Part shown: piece after piece, positions 18,445-27,951 of the stretch | How the letters are laid out: each line of letters starts with the position of its first letter | Position numbering within the stretch: position 1 is the stretch's first letter | Origin: Candidatus Sericytochromatia bacterium | Lineage (GTDB): Bacteria; Cyanobacteriota; Sericytochromatia; S15B-MN24; UBA4093 | Assembly: GCA_036676495.1 (NCBI GenBank) | Contig: JAKFCT010000001.1 | Coordinates: 1 to 64,000 of the forward strand | Reading direction: 5' to 3' | DNA: 64,000 bases | Translations under genes and position numbers: made by a program | Notes under the pieces: generated by a model | Told to the model about the DNA's origin: nothing | The model's database searches: none | The model's input: the letters and a program-made list of their open reading frames with translations, nothing else

Positions 18445-18788
18445 ACGTGGTCTTCCAGCTCGATCAGCGACCGAAACTGACGGACGCGCAGCGGCTCTCC
18501 GAGGCGCTCGACCGGCAGCAGGGCGTGGTGTCGGCCCTCGTCGACCCCCAGCTCGCCAAGGTCTTCGTGACCTTCGACCCCGACATGACCGGCGACCTCA
18601 CGCTCCAGCGCGTCGTCGAGGGCATGGGCTACCGCGTGAGCAGCGAAGGCGAGCCGCTGGACTTCGATACCGAAACGTCCGGCTACCTTCATGCCATGGG
18701 GGATGAGGAGATCCAGGAGAGCCAGGCGACCGCGCTGCTGCGGGATGCGGAGTTCACCTTGCCCGACGCGGAGGGGCGCGGGATCTGA
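18441..18788 (+). CDS. HMA-fold protein lacking CxxC, with acidic tail
   Basis: LDRQQGVVSALVD...VFVTFDP...VEGMGY pattern; ATGA overlap with the upstream gene. Confidence 0.6.
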   Translation: MNVVFQLDQRPKLTDAQRLSEALDRQQGVVSALVDPQLAKVFVTFDPDMTGDLTLQRVVEGMGYRVSSEGEPLDFDTETSGYLHAMGDEEIQESQATALLRDAEFTLPDAEGRGI

Positions 18789-19402
18789 TGCGGGCCATCC
18801 TGCTCGTCGGCCTTCCGGGCTGCGGGAAGAGCACGCTGGCCGCGGAGCATCCCGACCTGACCGAGATCAACCGCGACCGGATCCGCGAGCGCCTCTTCGG
18901 CAGCCGGAGGCACCATGCCGGCGAGGGCGCGGTGAGCCGCGAGCACGGCCGGCTCATCCTCCACCATGCCGCTCGCGGCGACGACCTGCTGATCTCGGAT
19001 ACCCATACCCAGCGAAGAAGCCGGCGGGATCTCATCCGCCGGCTCAAGGATCTGGGCTACCAGGTGGAAGTTTGGGTCTTCGACGTGGGAGAAGAGACCT
19101 GCCAGGCCCGTAACGCCCGACGTCCGGAGCCGGTGCCGCCGGAGGTGATCTCTCGGATGAGCCGGAGGCTGCGCGGCTCCCCTCCCGGTCTCGAAGAGGG
19201 GATGGACGCGCTTCGGGTGATCCGTCAGGGGGCATGCGCCCCGCTGTTCAGTCCAGCGGAAAGCGGGCAAGCGGAGTATGAATCGCCCCTTGGGGTTTCA
19301 GCGCGGAGTGGAAGAGCACGAGTTCGGACGCCTGCCAGGCGAGAGGACGGGGAAGCTGCTCGGGGACCCGGACCGCTTCGCGGGGATCGCGCGCCAGGGT
19401 GA
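18788..19402 (+). CDS. AAA_33 P-loop kinase (polynucleotide-kinase-like)
   Basis: GLPGCGKST, NRDRIR, CQARNARR..VP..VI, EEGMD. Confidence 0.8.
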   Translation: MRAILLVGLPGCGKSTLAAEHPDLTEINRDRIRERLFGSRRHHAGEGAVSREHGRLILHHAARGDDLLISDTHTQRRSRRDLIRRLKDLGYQVEVWVFDVGEETCQARNARRPEPVPPEVISRMSRRLRGSPPGLEEGMDALRVIRQGACAPLFSPAESGQAEYESPLGVSARSGRARVRTPARREDGEAARGPGPLRGDRAPG

Positions 19403-19781
19403 TATGCGGCGCGTACCTCCGGACCTCCAGGGGGATGCCCAGCGCGATCACGCGGGGGCGCAGGGCGCTTTCGAGGGCGTCCAGGCGATCGCGCTGGCCC
19501 GCGAGGCCCAGCCAGAGGGTGCGCGGGTGGCGGAGATTGGGGAAAGCGCCAAGTCGGTCGAGTTGTAGGCGAAACGAACCGAAGCCGCGGCAGGCCTCCC
19601 GCAGCTCCGGCTCGAGGCGAGGCAGCAGGGCGGGATCGACCTCTCCCAGGAAGTGCAGGGTGAGGTGAAGGGTCGTCGCGGGTTGCCAGCGGCGGAACGG
19701 GAGATCGTGCAGCTCCGTCTGCAGGCGAACGACCTCGTTCTTGACGTCGGGGGGCAACTCGAACGCGGTGAAGAGCCTCAT
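19248..19781 (-). CDS. thpR: RNA 2',3'-cyclic phosphodiesterase (2H phosphoesterase)
   Basis: MRLFTA, HLTLHFLG and PHITLAR 2H motifs. Confidence 0.9.
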   Translation of the reverse strand: MRLFTAFELPPDVKNEVVRLQTELHDLPFRRWQPATTLHLTLHFLGEVDPALLPRLEPELREACRGFGSFRLQLDRLGAFPNLRHPRTLWLGLAGQRDRLDALESALRPRVIALGIPLEVRRYAPHITLARDPREAVRVPEQLPRPLAWQASELVLFHSALKPQGAIHTPLARFPLD

Positions 19782-19901
19782 GAATACCCTCCTCTCAACC
19801 AGGTGCTTCTCCGATTCCGCCGTAGCCGAAGGGGAAGCGATTCCGGATCATGGGCGCGAGACGGAACGGGTTTACGGGATCGCAAGGGGGTCGATGACGC
19901 C

Positions 19902-20906
19902 ATGACGATACGCATGGGGGGGACGGTCGAGACCGACTGGGACGTGGGACACCCGCGCTGGAGGGAGGTCCTGCGCCGGAGCGCTGGGGCGACCTTCTTC
20001 CATACCCCAGGATGGTACCAGACGCATGCGGAGATCGGGGGCGCGGCGGTTCGCGCGTTGGGATTTCGCTGGCCGGACGGGCAAGAGGCCTTGCTGCCGC
20101 TGGCGCTGCGCTCCCGGTATCGCGGCTGGGTCACGGAGGCGCAGGCGGGGGTGGAGAATGGCTACGGCGGGCTATTGAGTCCTCAGCCGCTGCCTCCGCA
20201 CCGGATCGAGGAGGCCTATGCCCAGGTGCGGGAGCGCTATCCGAATCTCAGGGTGCTGGGCAATCCACTGGGTCGGCAGAGCGTGCCGGCGCAGGGCCGG
20301 GTCCTGGAGAGCTTCACGCAGGCCGTGCCGATCCTGGAGCCGGCGGCCCAGGTGGCCCGGATGAGCGGGCTGCGGCAGCGCAATCTCCGCCGGGCGGAGA
20401 AGGCGGCTTTCTCGCTGGAGCGGATTCATCCGGTCGTTCCCTCGGACACGCGGGACCTCTACCCCGTTTACCAGGAGCATAGCGCCCGCTGGCAGTACCG
20501 GCGCTGGGTGCGCGACGAGGCGTACTTCCGGGCGCTGTTCCGGCACGCCGGCCATGACCTGACAATCTTCGTGGCGCGCCATGGGGGCGAGATGGCGGGT
20601 TTCATCCTCCTGGGGGGCTGGGGGGAGACGATCGTCGAGTTGCACCTGGCCACGCGGGCCGCCAAGGATCCACTGCAAGTCGGGAGCTACCTGGTAGCCA
20701 AGTCCCTCGAATGGGGCTACGAGGCCGGCTACCGGGTTTTCGACTTTCTGCCGAGTGGAACGCTCGAGGGCATCATCGCGTTCAAGGAGTCCTTCGGAGC
20801 GGAGCAGCTCCGCCAGGTCGAGGTGGTCCAGGACAGCCTCTGGAGCCGGGGGCTCTCGATCCTGCGCGGCGCCCTGTCCCGCGAGACGCTCGCCTCCAGC
20901 CACTAG
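19902..20906 (+). CDS. FemAB/BcsL-like GNAT acyltransferase
   Basis: ATFFHTPGW, YGGLL, RRAEKA, FDF...GIIAFKESFGA. Confidence 0.75.
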   Translation: MTIRMGGTVETDWDVGHPRWREVLRRSAGATFFHTPGWYQTHAEIGGAAVRALGFRWPDGQEALLPLALRSRYRGWVTEAQAGVENGYGGLLSPQPLPPHRIEEAYAQVRERYPNLRVLGNPLGRQSVPAQGRVLESFTQAVPILEPAAQVARMSGLRQRNLRRAEKAAFSLERIHPVVPSDTRDLYPVYQEHSARWQYRRWVRDEAYFRALFRHAGHDLTIFVARHGGEMAGFILLGGWGETIVELHLATRAAKDPLQVGSYLVAKSLEWGYEAGYRVFDFLPSGTLEGIIAFKESFGAEQLRQVEVVQDSLWSRGLSILRGALSRETLASSH

Positions 20907-21036
20907 GTCACCTTCGGCGGGCCCCAGGACGGCGGGCGCGCCAAAATCCGGCCCGCAGCTTGGGGCATGCTGGCCGATGTCGCCTCTGAACTTCCCGGAT
21001 AGGGTCGAAAGGGAGAAGAAGTTCAGAGGAGGCGCC

Positions 21037-21681
21037 ATGCGCATGATCGTCGCTCCCTTGCGCTCCGTCATCGGATTCAAGCGCTGTTACCTGGGCGGCT
21101 GGGAGTTGGATCCGCCTCCGGCGTTTCCAACCTTGCCCGCCGGCTGTCACATCGCCCCCTTCCGGGCCCCCGACCTGCAAGTCCTGGGACCGCGCGCGAT
21201 GGATCCCGCGATGACCGAGCAGCGGCTCGCCTGCGGGGACCGGCCTTGGGGGCTCTGGCGGGACCGCGAGCTGCTCTGCTACGGCTGGAGCAGCACCCGG
21301 CCGACGAGCATCCTGACGCTGACCACGGTGGTTCCCGGCCCGCACGAGGCTTATCTCTACGGGTTCTACACCCCACCTCCGCATCGCGGCCAGGGCTATT
21401 ACCCGCTCTTGCTGCGGCAGATCGGGGCGCAATTGGCCCAGGAAGGGAGTCTTAGGGCATGGATTGCCGTCTTCGACCACAATGCCGCCTCGTGGAGGGG
21501 GGTGCTGAAGGCGGGCTTCCGCAAGACGACGACCCAGATCTCGCTCTACGGCCGCTTGTCCTGGACGCGGGCGGAGCGCGTCGAGCCTCAGCCGAGGCTG
21601 CGTCCTCGCCTCCGCGGGCTACACCTGGGCACGCTCCCGAGGCGGGAGGGCGCTCGACCCGCCCCGGCCCGCCCGCGCTAA
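21037..21681 (+). CDS. GNAT N-acetyltransferase
   Basis: TPPPHRGQG, NAASWRGVLKAGF; RBS GAGGAGG. Confidence 0.75.
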   Translation: MRMIVAPLRSVIGFKRCYLGGWELDPPPAFPTLPAGCHIAPFRAPDLQVLGPRAMDPAMTEQRLACGDRPWGLWRDRELLCYGWSSTRPTSILTLTTVVPGPHEAYLYGFYTPPPHRGQGYYPLLLRQIGAQLAQEGSLRAWIAVFDHNAASWRGVLKAGFRKTTTQISLYGRLSWTRAERVEPQPRLRPRLRGLHLGTLPRREGARPAPARPR

Positions 21682-21968
21682 TCGCCGTTCTGGTAGCGCA
21701 CGACGCGAAAGCCATGCTGCTCGATGGTCTCGCAAATCTTCTTGGGCGCCACGAAATCCGGGTTGAACTTGACGGTGGCCGTGCCGCAAATGGGCTCGTC
21801 CGGGGGCTCGTCGATGGCGGGAGGAGAGGTGATCCGGGCGGCGACCACGCCGTCCACGGCCCGCAGCTCGTCGAGAAGGTTGCGGATACAGTGCTTGCAC
21901 GTGAGGTCCTCGACCACCAGGGAGGTTTCCTTCAGGTGCTCGATACGATCCATCAAGCGGTCTTTCAT
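21678..21968 (-). CDS. Heavy-metal-associated (CopZ-like) chaperone
   Basis: DLTCKHC, VDGV, IEQHGF. Confidence 0.8.
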   Translation of the reverse strand: MKDRLMDRIEHLKETSLVVEDLTCKHCIRNLLDELRAVDGVVAARITSPPAIDEPPDEPICGTATVKFNPDFVAPKKICETIEQHGFRVVRYQNGD

Positions 21969-22141
21969 GGCGTCCTCCTTTCACCGCCACCCTACGCGGG
22001 CGCCTTCCGCTTTACAAGGCACGATCGGGGCTCATTCCCAGCGATCGTCATCGCGGCGTTCCGGGAGGAGCGTTTCGAAGCGGGCGTCCGAATCTCCAAG
22101 CGAAACGAGCTCCGGGCCAGGCCCGGAGCTCGTCGTGTCGC

Positions 22142-22489
22142 CTAGCGATTCTCGCCGGAAATCCCTTCGTCGCGGGCCTCTTCGCTCACGAAGTGGACCA
22201 CCCCCGCCATGCTTTCGAACTCGTCGCGGTCCATCCGGTTGAAGATGGTCCGGAGGTTGATGGTCTTCTCCTTGGTCCAGTGGACTTCCTCGTGGCCCCG
22301 CACCTTGTCGAGAAGCGCCTGTTTGCTCGCCGGAAAATCCACGCCCTCGAGGGCCTGGGTCACGGCCGCCATGCCGTACCCTTCCCCCTTGGGCGGGCCG
22401 GGCTTCTCGTAGGGCACCTTCCACTCGCCCTCGCGCGTCCCATGCTCGCCCTTGAATTCATGTTTCGGCTCAAACTTCTTCTCCGCCAT
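22142..22489 (-). CDS. DUF2795-like protein
   Basis: ALEGVDFPASKQAL motif; RBS AAAGGAGG. Confidence 0.7.
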   Translation of the reverse strand: MAEKKFEPKHEFKGEHGTREGEWKVPYEKPGPPKGEGYGMAAVTQALEGVDFPASKQALLDKVRGHEEVHWTKEKTINLRTIFNRMDRDEFESMAGVVHFVSEEARDEGISGENR

Positions 22490-22596
22490 CGGATCCTCCT
22501 TTCGGAAAGACGCCGAACCGCGCCCTCATTATAGAAGGCCGGATGAGGGGATCCAACACTCGGGGAGCGGATGGATTTCGCGCGGAGGGCCCGCAA

Positions 22597-22615
22597 TTAA
22601 CGCACTCTTAACGCA
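22597..22615. promoter_or_regulatory. TTAA-N7-TTAA box (direct repeat ttaacgca x2) over the -35 position of a CATAAT promoter
   Basis: ttaacgcactc-ttaacgca; CATAAT at 22626-22631. Confidence 0.65.
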
Positions 22616-22673
22616 AACTTTGCGCCATAATGGCAGATAACTTGCTAGGTCCCACGTTGAAAGGAGAGTCCGC

Positions 22674-23864
22674 ATGCTTCGCTCGTCGCGTCTGGTCGCC
22701 GGCACCGTCATGCTGGCCGTCGCCGCCATCGTGGGATGTGGCCCCTCGCCCTTCGCCGCCCCCGTCGGCAGTCAGATCGACGGCAGCTTGAGCCTTCGCT
22801 CCACCGGCTACAAGGCCTTCTTCGGCATCCAACACACCCACGTCGCCGAGAACGGCGATGATGGCCAAGGCACCCTCGCGGAAGCCTATACCTACGCCCG
22901 CGACAAAGGCAAGCTCGACTTCCTGGGGATTTCCTCCCACTCGCACATGATCAGCGACGCCGGCTACGCCACGATGAAGCAGGCGGCCAAGGACTTCACC
23001 CAGTCGGGCAAGTTCGTGGCCTTGCTGGCCCAGGAGTGGAGCTCGATCTCGAAGGGCGGCCACATCAACATCTTCGAAGCCGACGAGCGCTGCCCGGTTC
23101 CGAACGGCGACTGGGCGACCTTCTACACCAAGTGGCTGCCGGCCCACCCCGAGGTGGCCTGGGCCCAGTTCAACCATCCTCACCCCTCCAACCAGCTGGA
23201 GTTCGGCGGCGCGTCCTTCTCCCCCGTCGCCCCCGGCCCCGCCGCCGTCTCGGCCCTTCACAAGTTCGCGGGCATGGCCCTCCTGAACGGTCCCGGGAAG
23301 TACGAAGGCGAGGACATGAAGGGGCAACCCGACGACTGGGACCGCGGGGTCAACGGCCTCAATTACGAAGAGGAGTACAAGGAGTTCCTCAACCGCGGCT
23401 GGCGCATCGGTGCCGTGGGGGACCAGGACAACCACGTGAAGAACTGGGGGCTCGCCTCCCCGACCCGCACGGGCATCTGGGCTCCGTCGCTGACCAAGCA
23501 GAACGTGCTGGAGGCCTTCCAGGCGCGCCGGACCTACGCGACCTACGACCCGAACTTGCAGTTCTGGTTCAGCCTCGACGGCAAGCCGATGGGCTCCGAG
23601 ATCCGGGCCGGCAAGGAGATCACCGTCGAGATTCAGGCGGCCGACCCGGATACGGCCTTCGAGCGCATCGAGCTCTACGGAGACACCGACGGCGTCGGCG
23701 GGCGGCCCGCCACCGTGATCAGCAAGGTCGCCGTGGGCAAGAAGGCCGCCAAGTGGACCTTCAAGATTCCCGCCCCGCAGGCGGAAGGCTATTACTTCGC
23801 CAAGCTCGTCTATGGCGATCGCACCGCCTGGGCCTGGACCAGCCCGGTCTGGGTCAGCCGTTAA
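22674..23864 (+). CDS. PHP-domain (CehA/McbA-like) metallohydrolase lipoprotein with Ig-like C-terminus
   Basis: Lipobox IVGC, HTH, QEWS, GGHIN, FNHP, DQDNH, AWTSPVWV. Confidence 0.8.
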   Translation: MLRSSRLVAGTVMLAVAAIVGCGPSPFAAPVGSQIDGSLSLRSTGYKAFFGIQHTHVAENGDDGQGTLAEAYTYARDKGKLDFLGISSHSHMISDAGYATMKQAAKDFTQSGKFVALLAQEWSSISKGGHINIFEADERCPVPNGDWATFYTKWLPAHPEVAWAQFNHPHPSNQLEFGGASFSPVAPGPAAVSALHKFAGMALLNGPGKYEGEDMKGQPDDWDRGVNGLNYEEEYKEFLNRGWRIGAVGDQDNHVKNWGLASPTRTGIWAPSLTKQNVLEAFQARRTYATYDPNLQFWFSLDGKPMGSEIRAGKEITVEIQAADPDTAFERIELYGDTDGVGGRPATVISKVAVGKKAAKWTFKIPAPQAEGYYFAKLVYGDRTAWAWTSPVWVSR

Positions 23865-23933
23865 CCCGGCGACGACGCCATCGGTCTGGTATAATCGGCG
23901 GGTTGCTCGTTTTCGATCACCCCCGAGGAGCCC

Positions 23934-24371
23934 ATGATGGATGCCACTCCCCCGATTCACCATGAACCGCCTCCCCGCCCGACCTTCGCCGTGGTCGCGG
24001 GGATTGGCAACTCCGACTGGGTCCACGCCGGCCTCGACGGCAAGCTCGAGCGCTTCGGGGCCAAGCTCACCGTCGGCACCCTCGGCATGGCCCAAACCCT
24101 GAACCTCAGCGGCCGCTTCCATCCCTGGAACGACGGCGCCTTCGTCGAGGCCGGCGGATCCTGGATCCGGCTCTCCGCCCAATCCGATCGAACCCCTTCG
24201 ACCTCCGACCTCCTGGCCTTCGTGGGGGTGGGCTGGCGTTTCGACGTGGGCCCATTCATGTCGATGCTCGCGATCGGCCCGAACCCCGTGGCTGCCAGCA
24301 CCGGCACCCTCTTCAGCCAGACCTCGGCCTCCTTGCCCCGGGTCTCCGCTGAAGTCGGCTACACGTTCTAG
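23934..24371 (+). CDS. Small outer-membrane-beta-barrel-like protein, no obvious signal peptide
   Basis: Alternating beta strands, GVGWRF, C-terminal VGYTF. Confidence 0.5.
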   Translation: MMDATPPIHHEPPPRPTFAVVAGIGNSDWVHAGLDGKLERFGAKLTVGTLGMAQTLNLSGRFHPWNDGAFVEAGGSWIRLSAQSDRTPSTSDLLAFVGVGWRFDVGPFMSMLAIGPNPVAASTGTLFSQTSASLPRVSAEVGYTF

Positions 24372-24380
24372 GAGGTTCGC

Positions 24381-25277
24381 ATGCGCCGCATCATCCTGAG
24401 TCTCGCCTTCCTCCTCTCGGGCTGCAGCACCGGGTACGTCATCAACGCCGGAGACCTTGACGACGGGAAGATCGCCAAGCAATCCGTGCTGGCCTCCGTC
24501 GACTTCGCCGGCCTCACCGCGGATCAGAAAGCCTCCGCCAAGGTCGCGGTCCTGGCGCACGGCTACTCTGCCAGCACCTACGAGATGCAGGCCCTCGAGG
24601 ATCACCTGGAGAGCAAGGGCTTCCTGGTGTCGAACGTCCTGCTGGGAGGCCATGGCACCAACGTCGACGCGTTCGCCAAGACGACCTGGAAGGACTGGGG
24701 AAGTCCGCTCGTCAAGGAGTACAAGGCCCTCCACGATCAGGGGTTCCAGAACGTCTCGGTGGTCGGCGCCTCGACCGGAGGCTCGCTCTTCCTCGAGCTG
24801 CTGGCCTCCCAGCAACTGACCCCGGCCCCCAAGCGGGTGGTGCTGGTGGCGCCGCTGGTCATGTTCAAGGAGAAGGCGATCGCCTTCTCGGGACTCCTCG
24901 AATGGTTCGGCGCCAAGAGCTCTCCCAACAACCTGGGACAGAACGCGGTCGGAAACTGGTACCGAAACCGCCCCGTCTCGACCCTGAAGTCGCTGGTGGA
25001 CCTGACGGAGGTGGTGAAGGGCCAGCTCCGCAGCGGCGTTACCTTGGATGCGTCCAGCAAGGCGCTCGTCATCCAGTCGGATCAGGATCCCACGGTGGAT
25101 CCCGAGAGCGCGAAGCTGGTGCTCTCGGGCCTCAAGGGAAGCGCCGTGCTGCGGATGATCCACTCGACGCTGCATGTTCCCATCCGCCTGCCCCACGTCG
25201 ACCGTCAATGGACGGATCAGGAAATCGCCCAGCAGCAGGAGTTGCTCGCCGAGATCGAGCGCTTCATCTCCAACTAG
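24381..25277 (+). CDS. Alpha/beta hydrolase (carboxylesterase) lipoprotein
   Basis: Lipobox LSGC, HGY, GHGT, GASTGG, DPTV, His in STLHV. Confidence 0.85.
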   Translation: MRRIILSLAFLLSGCSTGYVINAGDLDDGKIAKQSVLASVDFAGLTADQKASAKVAVLAHGYSASTYEMQALEDHLESKGFLVSNVLLGGHGTNVDAFAKTTWKDWGSPLVKEYKALHDQGFQNVSVVGASTGGSLFLELLASQQLTPAPKRVVLVAPLVMFKEKAIAFSGLLEWFGAKSSPNNLGQNAVGNWYRNRPVSTLKSLVDLTEVVKGQLRSGVTLDASSKALVIQSDQDPTVDPESAKLVLSGLKGSAVLRMIHSTLHVPIRLPHVDRQWTDQEIAQQQELLAEIERFISN

Positions 25278-25287
25278 AGGAGGACGG

Positions 25288-25746
25288 ATGATTCCACGCC
25301 GCATCGCACTCGCCCTCGGGACCGTCCTCGTGCTGGGGGCGGGCTTCGCCCTGGCGTACTCGTTCCCGCAGGTCTTCGCTCCCCCCGCGCCGGTCGACGC
25401 GGCCTCCCATGCCGACTACGAACCGCTCGCCCTGACCCCCCAAGAGGTCAAGGCCAAGCAGGCGAGCGGAGTGAAAGTGCTCCTCGCGGATGTCCGCGCG
25501 AAAAGCTCCTTCGAGCAAAAGCACATCACCGGCGCGCGCTACATGCCGGCCTCCGAGAGCAGCAGCTGGGGCCCTCGCCTCGACGCCGGAGAGCTGGTGG
25601 TCTTCTACTGCAGCTGCCCGGACGAGGGTGCGAGCATCGCGACGGCGCGGGTCGCCGAGACCGAGCACGGGTTCAAGAACGTGGCCGTGCTCAAAGGCGG
25701 CTTGAAGGCCTGGGAAGCCGCCGGCTTCGCCGTCACGAAGCCCTAG
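25288..25746 (+). CDS. Exported/membrane rhodanese-domain protein
   Basis: DVR...HITGA, FYCSCPDE, LKGGLKAW. Confidence 0.85.
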   Translation: MIPRRIALALGTVLVLGAGFALAYSFPQVFAPPAPVDAASHADYEPLALTPQEVKAKQASGVKVLLADVRAKSSFEQKHITGARYMPASESSSWGPRLDAGELVVFYCSCPDEGASIATARVAETEHGFKNVAVLKGGLKAWEAAGFAVTKP

Positions 25747-25775
25747 CCGGCGATCGCCCCGCGGCGAGAAAGTCC

Positions 25776-25806
25776 AAGCGCCCCCGCCAATGGCGGGGGC
25801 GCTTTT
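25776..25806. terminator. Bidirectional terminator
   Basis: aagcgcccccgcc-aat-ggcgggggcgctttt. Confidence 0.85.
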
Positions 25807-25819
25807 CGGTACGGAGGCC

Positions 25820-27001
25820 TTACGAGGCGAGGATGTCCAGGGTGGCCTGGACCATGACCTGCACGCCGATAGGCAGGGCCTCCTCATCGATATCGAAGGC
25901 GGGGTGATGGTGGGGGTTCGTGAGGCCCTTCGCGGCGTTGGCGGATCCGACGAAGAAGTAGCAGCCGGGGACCTTCTGGAGGAAGTAGGCCATGTCCTCG
26001 CCCCCCATGGAGGCCTCGGCTTCGACGACGTTCTCGAGTCCGACCGCCTTGGCGGCCGCATCCCGCACGAAGTCCGTGATGGTGGGATCGTTGATGGTGG
26101 CAGGGTAAACCCGATGGTACTCGAGCTGATAGTCGGCTCCCAGGGCGGTGGTGACGCCGCGAACGATTCGCTCGATCATGCCGGGGACGGCCTCCCCGAT
26201 TTCCGGGTTGAACGTCCGCACGGTCCCGGTCATGGTGACCTCGTGGGCGATGATGTTGTGGCGCTCGCCGCCGTGGATGGTGCCGATGGTGACCACCGCG
26301 GACTCCAGGGGGGAGACCTGGCGGGCGACGACGTTTTGAAGGGCGGAGATCACCTGGCCAGCCACCGTGATGGCGTCCACCGAGAGATGGGGCATCGCGC
26401 CGTGGCCGCCGCGCCCCCGCAGGGTCAGGGTGAACTCGTCGGTGTTGGCCATGACGGGGCCGGATCGCACGCCGACCTGCCCGACCTCGAGCAGGTTCCA
26501 GACATGCAGGCCCAAGGCGGCGTCGACCTTGGGGTTGAGGAGCACTCCCTCCTCGATCATCGGCAGCGCGCCGCCGGGGCCTTCCTCTGCCGGCTGGAAG
26601 ACCAGTTTCACGACGCCGTCGAACTCCGCGCGGCGGGAGTGAAGGACCCGGGCCGTCGCCAGGAGCATGGCGGCATGGGCGTCATGGCCGCATGCGTGCA
26701 TCTTGCCGTCATGGCGGGAGCGGTAGGGGACGTCGTTGAGTTCGGTCACCGGCAAGGCGTCGATATCGGCGCGCAAGAGCACGGTCTTACCGGGAAGCCG
26801 CCCACGGATGAGGGCCACGACGCCCGTCTTGGCGACGCCGGTTTGGATCTCGTCGATGCCGACCGCCCGGAGGGCCTCGACGATGCGACTGGCCGTCCGC
26901 TGCTCCTCGAAGCCGAGCTCGGGAAACATGTGAAAGTCGCGACGTTCCTGGCTCATCTGGCCAGCGAGCGCCTTGACGTCATGGTCGAAAGCAAGAGCCA
27001 T
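25820..27001 (-). CDS. M20D amidohydrolase
   Basis: RRDFHMFPELGFEE, LRADIDALP, MHACGHD, FQPAEEG, GGED, HHHPAF. Confidence 0.92.
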   Translation of the reverse strand: MALAFDHDVKALAGQMSQERRDFHMFPELGFEEQRTASRIVEALRAVGIDEIQTGVAKTGVVALIRGRLPGKTVLLRADIDALPVTELNDVPYRSRHDGKMHACGHDAHAAMLLATARVLHSRRAEFDGVVKLVFQPAEEGPGGALPMIEEGVLLNPKVDAALGLHVWNLLEVGQVGVRSGPVMANTDEFTLTLRGRGGHGAMPHLSVDAITVAGQVISALQNVVARQVSPLESAVVTIGTIHGGERHNIIAHEVTMTGTVRTFNPEIGEAVPGMIERIVRGVTTALGADYQLEYHRVYPATINDPTITDFVRDAAAKAVGLENVVEAEASMGGEDMAYFLQKVPGCYFFVGSANAAKGLTNPHHHPAFDIDEEALPIGVQVMVQATLDILAS

Positions 27002-27101
27002 CCGCATCTCCTTTTCGAAGGGGGGGACAATCCAGTTTACCATTCGTCCTGTTTCCAGGCAGCCTTGCAGCCGCACGCGCGGCAGGAACTGCGAGATTCG
27101 C

Positions 27102-27130
27102 TTGAATGGGCGGGGGGGTTGGCGTAGAAT
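27102..27130 (+). promoter_or_regulatory. Sigma70 promoter of the ferredoxin gene
   Basis: TTGAAT-N17-TAGAAT. Confidence 0.65.
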
Positions 27131-27188
27131 TCTCATGTTCCCCCCTGTGGGAACCCAGCAATCAATTCAGCAAGGGGTTCGATTCACC

Positions 27189-27425
27189 ATGGCCGACAAA
27201 TCATCAGCATTTCCCGATAACGTTCCCGGCAAGTACTACGTCGACGACACCTGCATCGTCTGCGGCGCCTGCGAAGCGGCCGCTCCCGATAACTTCAAGC
27301 TCTCCGACGACGGCAGCCACGACGTCGTTTACCAGCAGCCCCAGAACGAGGCCGAAGAAGAAGCCTGCCGCGAGGCCATGGAAGGCTGTCCGGTCGGCGC
27401 CATCGGCGACGACGGCGACGCGTAG
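27189..27425 (+). CDS. Single-cluster 4Fe-4S ferredoxin
   Basis: CIVCGAC...CPVGAI. Confidence 0.92.
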   Translation: MADKSSAFPDNVPGKYYVDDTCIVCGACEAAAPDNFKLSDDGSHDVVYQQPQNEAEEEACREAMEGCPVGAIGDDGDA

Positions 27426-27495
27426 CGCGACGTTCCTTTCCCATCCAGCCGGGACGGCCGTCCCAGCGACACGCGGGGGCGATGCCCCCGCGTTC

Positions 27496-27807
27496 TCACT
27501 CCGTGGAGTAAACCAGCTTCCCCAGGTCCCCGATCGACAGGCCGAACTTGCGGGCCGCCAGTTCCTTGGCCTCCCGCTGACTGAGCTCGAGCTGATCCGA
27601 GATGAACAAGAAGGGCCTGCGCATCAAGGGGTCGCCCTCCTCGCAGACGCAGGCCTCCAGGATGCGCCGGTTCGCCTCCGTGAAATGACCCGAGTTGCGG
27701 AAGAGGTCGCCGGTGAGCACGTTGAGGTAGTAGCCCTTGCGATCCCGGATCTCGGGGAAACTCAGGAAGTCCCCCTCCCCCACCATCTTGACGTTCAAGC
27801 GTGCCAT
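27496..27807 (-). CDS. Hypothetical protein (103 aa)
   Basis: RBS AGGAGG, GC3-biased codons. Confidence 0.6.
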   Translation of the reverse strand: MARLNVKMVGEGDFLSFPEIRDRKGYYLNVLTGDLFRNSGHFTEANRRILEACVCEEGDPLMRRPFLFISDQLELSQREAKELAARKFGLSIGDLGKLVYSTE

Positions 27808-27951
27808 AGGCCCCTCCTGTCTCCCATTCCCTCGATGATAGGCGATGCGGCTTCCCCTACCAACAGACGAGGCATGGTCTCCGTGGCGGCCCGCGGAGAG
27901 GCTTGGTAGAATGGCGGGCACGCTCCCCCCCGTTACCGCAAAGGAGGCCGC

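Noticed and set aside
17813-22500. tRNA-anchored genomic island
   Set aside because: No integrase, no duplicated tRNA 3' end seen, and no evident composition shift.
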